This document shows, one piece after another, positions 10,249 to 19,225 of a stretch of DNA of 55,361 bases. The position numbers and the translations under genes are program-made. The stretch is from an uncultured Candidatus Saccharibacteria bacterium. GTDB taxonomy: Bacteria > Patescibacteriota > Andersenbacteria > UBA10190 > CAIZMI01. Positions within the stretch are counted from its first letter, which is position 1; each line of letters opens with the position of its first letter. The notes beneath the pieces are model-generated. The model saw only the letters and a program-made list of their open reading frames with translations. It made no database searches and was not told the origin of the DNA. The stretch is taken from NCBI GenBank assembly GCA_964630025.1, contig CAZVRG010000001.1:1-55361 (forward strand), written 5' to 3'.

Positions 10249-12761
10249 ACACTCTGCACGAACCGCCTTCGTGGCGACCGTGGATCCCCGTGGTGGGAGG
10301 AATGGTGCTCCTGTGCGTCGCAGTTGTATACGTCTTGCTCCCAACATCGCGCGAGGTGTTGCGTACAACCGCCCCGCACACGCCCAGTGATGTCGAGCGT
10401 TTCGGGGGTGCGCGCAGCCTCGGCCAGAGTTTCATTGCGCCTGCAGACCGCCTCGCGGAAATCCGCCTGTTCCTGCAAACACCTGTGCCGCGGGACGCAT
10501 TTCCCATGCTCTTTCACCTTCGCCATGGCCGGTATGCAACAACAGATGTGCGTACCGTTACGGTGACTGCCAATGATATCGATATGGAGGGGGTCGTGCG
10601 CATCCGTTTCGCTCCCGTGCAGAAAAGCGGCGGACGCACGTACGTTTTTCTTCTCGACGCCGGTCGCGCTCCGTGGAAACGGCTCACAGCGTATCGCCAA
10701 ATTGACGGCACGATTTATGCCCAGGGACAGTTCTTTTCTGGCAACACCACGCAGGCGGGTATCGGGGATCTTGAGTTTGCCGCGATTGTCCGCGAACCGC
10801 GCATCCACGGCTTTTGGCACGCGCACCTCCGCCCCTTTCTTGATCAATTGCAAGGCCGTGTCCATACCCCTACAGAACAGCGGTATAGTGCAACGCCGCG
10901 GTTCTCCCGCGCGCTCGGGGTCGGGTGTCTCGCGATGATTGCGGTTCTGGCGTTGCTCTCTGTGCTCCGGCGCACGGGAACACCACGCATCTCGACAGTG
11001 CTCGCTCTGCTTGTTGTCGCGCACATGCTTCTTCATGCCCCGTTTTTGCTTCGCTACCCGGGCGTGAATGATGAGGGCTCCTACCTCATGGACATCCAGA
11101 ATATCCGTGCCGGCTATTGGCCATTTCGCGACACGCTCACCAAGGGGCCGCTATTCCTGGTGCTTCTTGCGCCGGTCGCACTCTTTTTTTCACACACGCT
11201 TCTTCCCGCGCGGATGATGGTCGCCGGCGTATCCGGCATCGAAGTGCTTCTTCTGTACATGCTGGGTCGGAGGTTTGGCGGACAGACTGTCGGGCTTCTT
11301 GCAGCCGCGCTGTGGGCGCTGTCCCCCGTCACCGTCGCACAAACGTCCCAGTTGTTTCTCCAGCCATTTTCGTTGCCGCTGGTGACACTCGCGTTGCTTC
11401 TCGCATTTCCGCATTCTGCATCTCCTGCTCCGCAGGGCACACAGCGCGCCCCGACGCATGCGCGGACTGCTCTCGGCGCGGGCATACTTCTTGCGCTGGC
11501 ATATCTCGTCCGGGCGTCATCCCTGGCCTTCGTCCCGCCAGTACTCCTCCTCGTAGTGACACAGCAGGATATGCGCGCCGGCATGCGCCGCGCACTCATG
11601 GTGCTTGCCGGCATGGCCGGAACATTCCTGCTTGTTGGCCTGCCAGCCCTCGCGCTTCTCGGATATGATCGCACCGCGGTGCTGTTTAACGTAGAGGCAT
11701 TTATCATCGGACACGCGCGAAGCGGGGGAGAAAGTGCAGCCGCAGCGTTTACCCTGCTTCCGCCATGGGAAATACTTGAACGCTTTAACGCGCATGGCGC
11801 GGTGCTCTTCCGTCTCGGCATGCCTCTCGTACTTTTGTGGCTGGCCGCGATTGCACGCACACTCACAACATTCCTTCGCCTGCCGGATAGGCTCAGCGTT
11901 ATTGGGTTTCTTGGTTTCAGTCTTCCGATTTTGCGTCTGGTGTACGCAGCAAACTTTACGCTCGCGGGGGAGCTCGCAAACTTTGGTCCCTCGTTCAAAG
12001 TACTCATGACCGTACTCACACTCCTTATCGTTGTTCTGTTGTGGTCATCTCCTTCACGCAGCCGTCTTTCTCGACGTCATGCTGGGAGGACACTCATCCT
12101 TCTGCTTGGAACATGGGTATCGCTTGCGGTGCTCTATATGTTCTTCGGGCGGTTCCGGCAGCAATACCATGCGGAGTTTCTCCCGCTCTACGTTACGGGA
12201 GGCGCGCTCTTTCTTGCAGAAACTCTCCCCATCATCAACGGGGACAGCATACGCGGACTGGTACAAACCTGGTGGCGATCTGGAACAGGCGTTCTCTGTG
12301 GGGTCGTTGTCGCGGCTGCGCTGTTCCTCTCATTTATTCCAAGTCGGGAACAGCCGCACACCGGCTCTATCCCACATCAGACTGCACGCGAGGTTGCAAC
12401 GATCCTCCGCGCGCACTCCGCACTGGGAGAAGAAATCCTCACGGCGCAAGGACTCTTCACATTCTATGCGGATCGTTTTCTGCCGTTCGGTGCTTCTCAC
12501 CCGGGATGGTACCTGGAAGAACGCGTCGGAACGGTGCCGACCGAACTTCGACGGCTCTTCCTCCCGGACAAAGAAGTGCTGCGACGCGCGATGCGCGAAA
12601 AACCGATCCGACTCGTGGCCATCGACCGTCGAACGCGCGAAGTCTATTTCAATTACGACCCCGAAATGCAGGCGCTCTTGAAATCCGAGTATCACCTTCT
12701 CGAGACCGTTCCGAGTCCGTACGAAGAGGATCCGGTGGAGATCTGGATCAAAAATGACTAA
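10245..12761 (+). CDS. GT-C membrane glycosyltransferase, ArnT/PMT-like (tandem paralog B)
   Basis: 838 aa. Its start overlaps the stop of the upstream gene (ATGA at 10245-10248). Motifs: NDEGSYLMDIQNI, QYHAEFLPLY, PIRLVAIDRRTREVYFNYDPEM. It is colinear with 7852..10248. Confidence 0.75.
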   Translation: MNTLHEPPSWRPWIPVVGGMVLLCVAVVYVLLPTSREVLRTTAPHTPSDVERFGGARSLGQSFIAPADRLAEIRLFLQTPVPRDAFPMLFHLRHGRYATTDVRTVTVTANDIDMEGVVRIRFAPVQKSGGRTYVFLLDAGRAPWKRLTAYRQIDGTIYAQGQFFSGNTTQAGIGDLEFAAIVREPRIHGFWHAHLRPFLDQLQGRVHTPTEQRYSATPRFSRALGVGCLAMIAVLALLSVLRRTGTPRISTVLALLVVAHMLLHAPFLLRYPGVNDEGSYLMDIQNIRAGYWPFRDTLTKGPLFLVLLAPVALFFSHTLLPARMMVAGVSGIEVLLLYMLGRRFGGQTVGLLAAALWALSPVTVAQTSQLFLQPFSLPLVTLALLLAFPHSASPAPQGTQRAPTHARTALGAGILLALAYLVRASSLAFVPPVLLLVVTQQDMRAGMRRALMVLAGMAGTFLLVGLPALALLGYDRTAVLFNVEAFIIGHARSGGESAAAAFTLLPPWEILERFNAHGAVLFRLGMPLVLLWLAAIARTLTTFLRLPDRLSVIGFLGFSLPILRLVYAANFTLAGELANFGPSFKVLMTVLTLLIVVLLWSSPSRSRLSRRHAGRTLILLLGTWVSLAVLYMFFGRFRQQYHAEFLPLYVTGGALFLAETLPIINGDSIRGLVQTWWRSGTGVLCGVVVAAALFLSFIPSREQPHTGSIPHQTAREVATILRAHSALGEEILTAQGLFTFYADRFLPFGASHPGWYLEERVGTVPTELRRLFLPDKEVLRRAMREKPIRLVAIDRRTREVYFNYDPEMQALLKSEYHLLETVPSPYEEDPVEIWIKND

Positions 12762-12809
12762 CGGACACTCGCGATTCCCACGCCAAGAATTTCCTGCAAT
12801 ACTGGCCCC

Positions 12810-13625
12810 ATGCCACTTGCAGAGCGCACGCTCGTCCTTATCCCGACATACAATGAGGCGGATAATATCGGGTTGATTCTCGACCAGATATTTTCTGTCG
12901 AGCCGCGGCTGTCCGTGCTCGTCATTGATGACACCTCTCCAGATGGGACCGCGGATGTCGTGAAGGAGCGTATGACCAAGCATCCGAATCTCTTTCTGCT
13001 TCTCCGCTCGACGAATCGAGGTTTTGCACATTCGTATCGCGACGGTTTTCGCACTGCTCTCCTGAACGATCGTTTCGAGGCAGTGGTGACGATGGACGCG
13101 GATTTTTCTCATGAACCGAAAGAACTTCCCACGCTTATTGGCCTTCTCGAAGCGGGCGCAGATGTCGCCGTTGGCTCTCGCCACGCACAAGGAGGACGGT
13201 TCCCTGGGATCGCGCTCTGGCGACGTATCTTGAGTCGATTCGCGAATCGGTACGTACGCTGGATCCTCGGCACGCCCTTTACCGACAGCACCGCCGGCTT
13301 CATTGCCATGCGCGCATCCGCGCTCCGGCGTGTTCCGGCAGCGCAGCTCCGATCCGGCGGATACGGCATTCTGTTTGAACTCAAGTATCGCCTCTTCCGA
13401 AGCGGCGCACGGATTGTTGAACACCCGGTCGCCTGGCCAAGGCGACATCAAGGCGATTCAAAAATGACCCTCGCAATTATGTGGGACTCGTTCCTGCTCC
13501 CCTGGAAAATCCGCTTGGGGATACTGCCGCCGGTGCGCGCAGAAGTTCCTGAAGCGTCGCTGGCTGTTGTTGGAAGTCAAGCACTTCGCGTCCGAGAACC
13601 GCAAACTCTGGAAGCGGAACGATAA
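12810..13625 (+). CDS. polyprenol-monophosphate sugar synthase (Dpm1/Ppm1-like GT2)
   Basis: Motifs: LVLIPTYNEADNI, VIDDTSPDGT, MDADFSHEP. It has a ~33 aa non-conserved tail relative to its paralog at 44653..45369. That tail overlaps the convergent gene. Confidence 0.85.
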   Translation: MPLAERTLVLIPTYNEADNIGLILDQIFSVEPRLSVLVIDDTSPDGTADVVKERMTKHPNLFLLLRSTNRGFAHSYRDGFRTALLNDRFEAVVTMDADFSHEPKELPTLIGLLEAGADVAVGSRHAQGGRFPGIALWRRILSRFANRYVRWILGTPFTDSTAGFIAMRASALRRVPAAQLRSGGYGILFELKYRLFRSGARIVEHPVAWPRRHQGDSKMTLAIMWDSFLLPWKIRLGILPPVRAEVPEASLAVVGSQALRVREPQTLEAER

Positions 13626-14862
13626 ACTTTCCGCCGCGCTCGAGAAAGGCACGCTCGCGCTTTACAAATTCTGAAAGAAAGTGCCATGGAAGCACAAGAA
13701 AATACGCGGGTTCCGCAGCCCGTGCATCTTCTTCAGACATAATGGGGATGAGCGTGCCCACGGTCTTTTTCCCCCACTTATCAGGATTCCGCTCCGCAGC
13801 TGCCCGAATCAACGATGTATCCAGATTGAAATACTGAAGAAGGGTATTTCCTTTTGTGGATGCACCATAGACATACACGGTGCTTCCTTTTGCCGTTTCC
13901 GCCTTTAGAAATTCCACAAGCCGCCGCTTGATCGTCTCGACGCGATCAGCAAATGCGTGATACGTCTCGACATCCAGCAGCGCCCATGCATGTTCGGCTT
14001 CTTCAAGCTCTCGCATACGGTCAGCAGCGCCGGGAAATGGCTGCACCGCTGCGTTTCGATGAGTGACATAGACGCGAAAGCTTCCGCCGTTGACATCGTT
14101 CAGCTCAACATCAATCACCCGAAGCCCGTGGCGGGAAAGAAGCGTGTTCAGTGAGCCGAGGGCGTAGTATTCGAGATGCTCATGGCAGATATTATCAAAG
14201 GCATTCTGCTTCAGCATGAGCGGAAGATAACTCATTTGGATCACCCAAACACCGCTCTGGGCAAGACAGCGCGCGGCATCGGCAACGAAGATGTTCGGGT
14301 CTTCCAGATCGTAGAACATGGCGATACTGGTGATGACGCTGGCTTTCGCTGTTCCGGCAATATCCGAAAATCGTTTGGCGCTGAAGAAATCGTTGATGAT
14401 GTCGATGGACTCTTCACGCGCATACGGCATGAGATTGATTGCTGGCTCAAATCCGATGCGGCGCAGCCCTGGCGCTCGATAGTGTCGCAATAACGTACTG
14501 TCATTGCTCCCGATATCAACAACGACATCTCCCGATGCGAGCGGTACGAGTTGCTCGACTTTGTCGGTAATGTCCGCGAGCGCACGCCGCATTGTTTCAT
14601 TGACGCCCGAGCGATACCAGTAATTCCGGTAGAGAACCCCCGCTTCCACCGTGTGGCGAAGCTGGAGGAGTCCGCATCCCCCGTTCCGTGGGTTGCACAG
14701 TACAAGATCGAGCGGCGCCTGCGCGCTTTTCGTCGGCGCGTCGACAAAATTCGATACGTGTTGCTCTCCGAGTGACAACACCGATGTGAGCATGGACGAC
14801 CCGCAGGAGCGGCACGTCGTACGTGTCTGCACGGAGAATCCGTCGGCGAGATGCTTGTTCAC
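13477..14862 (-). CDS. SAM-dependent C-methyltransferase, NDP-hexose C-methyltransferase type (paralog 2 of 3)
   Basis: 461 aa. Motifs: zinc ribbon CRSCGS ... CNPRNGGCGLLQL, YWYRSGVNETM, VVDIGSNDS, VYGASTKGNTLLQ, LVLPWHF. It has a ~37 aa C-terminal tail beyond the conserved GGKFIVPLPEF end. Confidence 0.8.
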   Translation of the reverse strand: MNKHLADGFSVQTRTTCRSCGSSMLTSVLSLGEQHVSNFVDAPTKSAQAPLDLVLCNPRNGGCGLLQLRHTVEAGVLYRNYWYRSGVNETMRRALADITDKVEQLVPLASGDVVVDIGSNDSTLLRHYRAPGLRRIGFEPAINLMPYAREESIDIINDFFSAKRFSDIAGTAKASVITSIAMFYDLEDPNIFVADAARCLAQSGVWVIQMSYLPLMLKQNAFDNICHEHLEYYALGSLNTLLSRHGLRVIDVELNDVNGGSFRVYVTHRNAAVQPFPGAADRMRELEEAEHAWALLDVETYHAFADRVETIKRRLVEFLKAETAKGSTVYVYGASTKGNTLLQYFNLDTSLIRAAAERNPDKWGKKTVGTLIPIMSEEDARAAEPAYFLVLPWHFLSEFVKRERAFLERGGKFIVPLPEFAVLGREVLDFQQQPATLQELLRAPAAVSPSGFSRGAGTSPT

Positions 14863-14920
14863 GTCAGCAGTGTAGCAGAGACTTGGCGGTGATCAACATT
14901 TCACAGTACGGTGCACAATC

Positions 14921-15682
14921 ATGGACACGCAGAAAGCACCCGCGACCCGCACGATGGTGCACTCACCAGAGCACACACGTGATGCGCGCATTCCTCTGCA
15001 AGAAGACGCAACGCGCGAGCGTGTCTGGGATAACATCTGGCGCCAGCGCGGTGTCATCATGAAACTTATCGCCGCCATTCGACACGGATTACATCAACTG
15101 CATCAGCAACTTCTTCTCGATATACTCCCGCCTGACGCGGATGTGTTGGAACTCGGGTGCGGAACCGCCTCGCTCACGTTGTCACTCGCACCGCGGTTCC
15201 ACCGCCTCGTCGGCCTCGATATTTCTGACGAGGCACTTCGTATCGCGGAGACCGCGCGTGCGCGATTGGGCATTCAAAATGCCGAGTTCGTTAAAGGCGA
15301 TTGTCGGTCTGCTCCGTTTACCGACGCGTTTGATCTTGTCTGGAGCGCAGGACTCATTGAACACTTTTTTGACGACGACTGGCGCATTGTGCAGGAACAT
15401 CTCCGAGCAGCAAAGCCTGGCGGCGTCGCGCTCATAAGCGTTCCGAGTACATATTCCCTCCATCATCTCCATTATCTTGTGACGCGCCCGACAATGCTCC
15501 GCCGCTTCTGGCCGTGGTCCGATGTGCGTCACTTCCAGAAATTTTATTCCCCACGCGAGCTCGTCGCCGTTGGCCGCCGCAGCGGCTATCCGTCTCGCGT
15601 GTTCTACCTCCCGCCTCGCATCATTGGATTCTTCCTCGGCATTCTCGTTCTTGAGATCCGAAAGGACAACAATACGTTCTAG
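14921..15682 (+). CDS. class I SAM-dependent methyltransferase
   Basis: Motif I is VLELGCGTASLT, followed by LVGLDISDEAL and DLVWSAGLIEHF. The protein is about 250 aa and the start could be an internal Met. Confidence 0.8.
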   Translation: MDTQKAPATRTMVHSPEHTRDARIPLQEDATRERVWDNIWRQRGVIMKLIAAIRHGLHQLHQQLLLDILPPDADVLELGCGTASLTLSLAPRFHRLVGLDISDEALRIAETARARLGIQNAEFVKGDCRSAPFTDAFDLVWSAGLIEHFFDDDWRIVQEHLRAAKPGGVALISVPSTYSLHHLHYLVTRPTMLRRFWPWSDVRHFQKFYSPRELVAVGRRSGYPSRVFYLPPRIIGFFLGILVLEIRKDNNTF

Positions 15683-17277
15683 CGACTGCGGAGTGCTCGG
15701 ACGTCGTAGAGTTCAATCCGCGGGCCTGCGCTTTTCCATGGTTGCGGTTCAATAAAGAACACACGAGCGCCACGGGAACGAACCTCGTCATAGAACGCGC
15801 GATACGATGCCGTCATCTCCGGATAGAGCCGCATCGAGGTGGACTCGTAATATCGATCAACAAGCCGTGAGTCGAGCACGATGTAGTCAACACCTTGGTT
15901 CAACCATTCCGCAAGCGGTTTCGCTCGATGATCGGCGATTCTCCGATCATCCCGTCCACCGATATTCGCGTATTCCTCACGGAGAAGGAGCACAGTGTGT
16001 CGCGTGCTGCGTGGATTCAGAAAGACAAGCGGCCCGTGTTGCAGCACGGTTGCTCCGGATGGAATATGTTCCTCCGCCCATGCGACTGCTGTCGGCAAGG
16101 TTGCTTCTCCGGCATACGCACGGTCAAATGCGCCGACATTCCAGAGCGCCCCGCCCACGCCAACAAGGGCGAGACCAATTGCGGTGCCTCGGGCAACGGC
16201 GCGTGCACGCGGAAGAAGTGCTGGGGCATACACCACGCCATACGCCGCCGCGAGTGCAAGAAGCGGCGTCAGTGGGAGAAAGCGCTTTACCGCGTGCATG
16301 CGCACATACGCAGCCATGACAATATAGAGGACGAACAGAACACCACCGAGAAGGACAACGGCGCGATAATCGCGACGCCACGCCGCAACGATAACACCAC
16401 CCACCGCAAGGAGAAAAACCGCCAACGGCATTTCCCACACGAAACCGGATACCGTAAATGACAATCCCCAATCAGGAGATTGTGTGAGCAGCGGCCAGAG
16501 CAGATCGGAACTTGTGTATCCCAGATCGCCACCCGCCGCACGAAGGGAAAGTCCGTGATAGATTGCTCGTGCTTCCTGCCGCTCGATAAGTTTCCATGGA
16601 TTTGTCAGCGCAAAGGTGAGCGGAATCATGAACAACCCGACAATAAACGCTGGACGCAGGAGCGTTCGCCACCAGTGCGACTGACGCAATGCCCACCCTG
16701 CGTGCGCAAAGACAAGAGCAATACCGACCATGATGCCGTAATACTGGCTTGCAGCCGCGAGGCCTGTCAGCACGCCGGTCGTGACATACCATCGTCGTGT
16801 TCCCTTCTCCCACAAAAGAAACGCCGCTGCGACAGTGGCAAGCATGAAGAATGCGGCAAGCGGATCAACGTGTGCGTAATGCGCGTACTTCACGGCGAGT
16901 GGAGAAACAGCCGCAAAGAGCCCTCCAAGAAGACCGAGCGCCCAACCGCCGATATGCCGACCGAGCCAGATGGTGAGTGCAACGGTGAGCACACCAATGA
17001 TGACTGTTGTGATGCGCGCGACGGTCGTTGGATCCCATGCATCCTTTGGAACGATCTGCCCAACCACCGAAAAGATGCCGCCGTGAAGGTAATAGCCAAG
17101 ATGGGGATACCGAGCGCCACTGGGTGCGAGTGGACGGTCCGTGTCTCGCACACGAAGACCCGCCGCCGGACCGACAAGCTTGTTCTCGTCTGTCGGCAGA
17201 TGATGCGTAACGCCAACAAGCCGCGTCAGCAACGCAAGCGCAAGGATGCCTCCTGCCACGATCGTCTGCCGGCGCAT
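15679..17277 (-). CDS. GT-C membrane glycosyltransferase, ArnT/PMT-like
   Basis: 532 aa. It has an N-terminal helix followed by the loop motif TDENKLVG, then more than 10 TM helices and a soluble C-terminal domain. Its start overlaps the stop of the upstream oxygenase ORF by 1 nt (TGATG). Confidence 0.72.
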   Translation of the reverse strand: MRRQTIVAGGILALALLTRLVGVTHHLPTDENKLVGPAAGLRVRDTDRPLAPSGARYPHLGYYLHGGIFSVVGQIVPKDAWDPTTVARITTVIIGVLTVALTIWLGRHIGGWALGLLGGLFAAVSPLAVKYAHYAHVDPLAAFFMLATVAAAFLLWEKGTRRWYVTTGVLTGLAAASQYYGIMVGIALVFAHAGWALRQSHWWRTLLRPAFIVGLFMIPLTFALTNPWKLIERQEARAIYHGLSLRAAGGDLGYTSSDLLWPLLTQSPDWGLSFTVSGFVWEMPLAVFLLAVGGVIVAAWRRDYRAVVLLGGVLFVLYIVMAAYVRMHAVKRFLPLTPLLALAAAYGVVYAPALLPRARAVARGTAIGLALVGVGGALWNVGAFDRAYAGEATLPTAVAWAEEHIPSGATVLQHGPLVFLNPRSTRHTVLLLREEYANIGGRDDRRIADHRAKPLAEWLNQGVDYIVLDSRLVDRYYESTSMRLYPEMTASYRAFYDEVRSRGARVFFIEPQPWKSAGPRIELYDVRALRSR

Positions 17278-17882
17278 CAGTCTTCGAACGTGAATTTCTT
17301 TAACGCATTGACATTCACTTCTTTCAGCCGGGAAAGCGGAAGTTTGGTGAATGTAAGCTCGTCATCAAAGACACGATCAGCAATGTTCGATGGGAGCCCG
17401 TAAAAATCCTTGAAACCGAGACGCAACATCTTGTGCCGGCGGAGTTTCAACGGAAGGTCTTCCTGCCATACCTGTTCATTCCACTTCGGAATCATAAATG
17501 ACAGGAGCGGTGCAAGAATACGTTTCCACCCCATAAGAAAGAAACGGTAGTTCATGGTGATACGACAATGATCATGTCGATCTTCCTCAATACGAATCGT
17601 TGTGAGTACTGGAACGCCAAAGAGTCCAACGTTCACTGCTTTGATGACATCCGGCGAGTGCTGAATCATCACGTTGAGACTGTGTGACTTCAGAAATGAG
17701 AACACCGGCAAGCGATAGGTCAACAGCAGGGCAGCCATAAAATCATTCTCATAGATAATCTTCGCGTCGGTATAATTGGAGTGCACAACAACAAGATGTT
17801 CATGATCCCAGTAATTCCATAAGACCGCCGCTCGACCGGCGTCGAGCTCTCGGGTATACGTTCTTTCAACGACGTGCGTCAT
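17277..17882 (-). CDS. non-heme iron catalytic domain of a Rieske-type oxygenase (VanA/PaO-like), encoded as a separate ORF
   Basis: 201 aa. WNYWDHEHLVVVH matches the mononuclear-iron motif D-x2-H-x4-H of Rieske oxygenase alpha subunits. The size fits the C-terminal catalytic domain of class IA oxygenases. It overlaps the Rieske ORF by 17 nt. Confidence 0.6.
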   Translation of the reverse strand: MTHVVERTYTRELDAGRAAVLWNYWDHEHLVVVHSNYTDAKIIYENDFMAALLLTYRLPVFSFLKSHSLNVMIQHSPDVIKAVNVGLFGVPVLTTIRIEEDRHDHCRITMNYRFFLMGWKRILAPLLSFMIPKWNEQVWQEDLPLKLRRHKMLRLGFKDFYGLPSNIADRVFDDELTFTKLPLSRLKEVNVNALKKFTFED

Positions 17883-18225
17883 CGGGAAGAGGAAGAATAA
17901 TCTGATGATCCTCGATCACAAATTGGTAGTGACGTAACTGTCGCCCCGCAAGCGAGAATGTTTGGCAGGCGCCACTCTTGATATCGAATTCCCATGCGTG
18001 CCAACGACAGCGAAAACATTTCGTCTGCCAATCCACGTCGAATGCACCACCCATGTGGAGACACACAGAAGAGGTCACAAGTATTTCTCCATTGAGAGAA
18101 AGCGCGGTGATTTCGTCACGGAACGCGTCGACCCACTTCGTGATCTTTTTCTGTTCTTGAAGTTCCGCAAGCGTGCAAAAAGGAATGCGCGTTGCGGCCG
18201 TTGTGTTGTCGCTGCCGCCCTCCAT
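17866..18225 (-). CDS. Rieske [2Fe-2S] domain protein
   Basis: 119 aa counted from the internal ATG at 18225. CLHMGG (CxH) is followed, 15 residues after the His, by CRWH (CxxH), which is the canonical Rieske ligand spacing. The longer track ORF up to 18531 overlaps the upstream GT2 and was rejected. Confidence 0.8.
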   Translation of the reverse strand: MEGGSDNTTAATRIPFCTLAELQEQKKITKWVDAFRDEITALSLNGEILVTSSVCLHMGGAFDVDWQTKCFRCRWHAWEFDIKSGACQTFSLAGRQLRHYQFVIEDHQIILPLPDDARR

Positions 18226-18230
18226 GGTAT

Positions 18231-19097
18231 TTACCCCCGACTTCTTACGATCAGGTCGGCAAGCAACCCCATAAGCCCAATTTGAATGCCGACAACAATC
18301 AAGAGGATGCTCGCATCGGAGATGTTCTGCTCGAAGAGCAACGTGCGCGCCAGATTCGCCATACCGAGGATCAGAAAGATCGCGCTTGGCACCATGAAGA
18401 ACCGTAGCGGGCGGAAATACGTGATGATGCGCACCACCAGTGTGAGAAAGTTTGGAAATTCCTGAAACAGCCCGCGGCCAAGCGTGATGGTGGATGTTCC
18501 CAGCCGTGGCGCATACGCAATCGGCACCCACCGGACCCCGAGCTTATTCGTGAGTGCGGCGAGCGTGATCGTCGTCGTGAATGAAAACCCGTCCGGCAAG
18601 AGATGGAAAAATTGTTCGACCAACCCGCGGCGCATAAGACGCATGCCCGAATTCAAATCCGGAATCCGCCGACCGACAAGAAAGGCCGCAAGCGTTCCGA
18701 CAATCGCCTTGCCGGGACGGCGAAGAAGAGGAAAGGCCGCGGCCTTTCCAGAGCGCACCCCAACAACCATTTCAACACCTTCCGTGAGGTGATCGAGAAG
18801 ACGTGGAACATCCTCTGTCGGATATGTTCCGTCAGCATCAATGATGCCAAGGATATCCCCTTTCGCCGTACGCACGCCCGTCTTCAACGCTGCACCATAC
18901 CCGCGATTTTCTGCATGATGCACCACCGCGATCTCGGTATGGCGACGGAGAATCTCCGGCGTCGCATCGGTGGAACCATCATTTACGACGACGATTTCCG
19001 ACGGCATCGAAAGCTGGCCGCGCATGCGGAGAAGGCCCGCGAGGGTCTTTTCAATACCCGCGGCCTCGTTATAGACCGGCACGATCATACTCAGCAT
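18231..19097 (-). CDS. GT2 polyprenyl-phosphate glycosyltransferase with C-terminal TM helices (GtrB/ArnC/CsbB-like)
   Basis: Motifs: SMIVPVYNEAAGI, VVNDGSTDAT, IDADGTYP. Two C-terminal hydrophobic helices (FFMVPSAIFLILG, ILLIVVGIQIGLMGLLADLIV) are typical of GtrB/ArnC-type enzymes. Confidence 0.85.
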   Translation of the reverse strand: MLSMIVPVYNEAAGIEKTLAGLLRMRGQLSMPSEIVVVNDGSTDATPEILRRHTEIAVVHHAENRGYGAALKTGVRTAKGDILGIIDADGTYPTEDVPRLLDHLTEGVEMVVGVRSGKAAAFPLLRRPGKAIVGTLAAFLVGRRIPDLNSGMRLMRRGLVEQFFHLLPDGFSFTTTITLAALTNKLGVRWVPIAYAPRLGTSTITLGRGLFQEFPNFLTLVVRIITYFRPLRFFMVPSAIFLILGMANLARTLLFEQNISDASILLIVVGIQIGLMGLLADLIVRSRG

Positions 19098-19225
19098 TGG
19101 GCCTCACGATACACAGAGAATCATGCGAGGACAACCATGCGCGGGTATGCGCGAATCGTTGAGCAGACTACGCCCCGTCAGAAACTTCTTCGAAACGTTT
19201 CTCGCGGGGTATACTAGTATCGGAT

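Noticed and set aside
10041-11036. 331 aa minus-strand ORF spanning the junction of the tandem GT-C paralogs
   Set aside because: It is antisense to two well-supported genes, Arg/His-rich, and has no motifs.
12330-13451. 373 aa minus-strand ORF overlapping the end of 10245..12761 and the Dpm1-like GT2
   Set aside because: It is antisense to genes with clear motifs (IPTYNE, DADFSHEP), and its composition is not protein-like.
18226-18531. 102-codon N-terminal extension of the Rieske ORF (track ORF 17866..18531)
   Set aside because: It overlaps the C-terminal TM region of the GT2 gene 18231..19097 on the same strand in another frame. The Rieske fold is complete from the internal ATG at 18225, which lies 5 nt after the GT2 stop.
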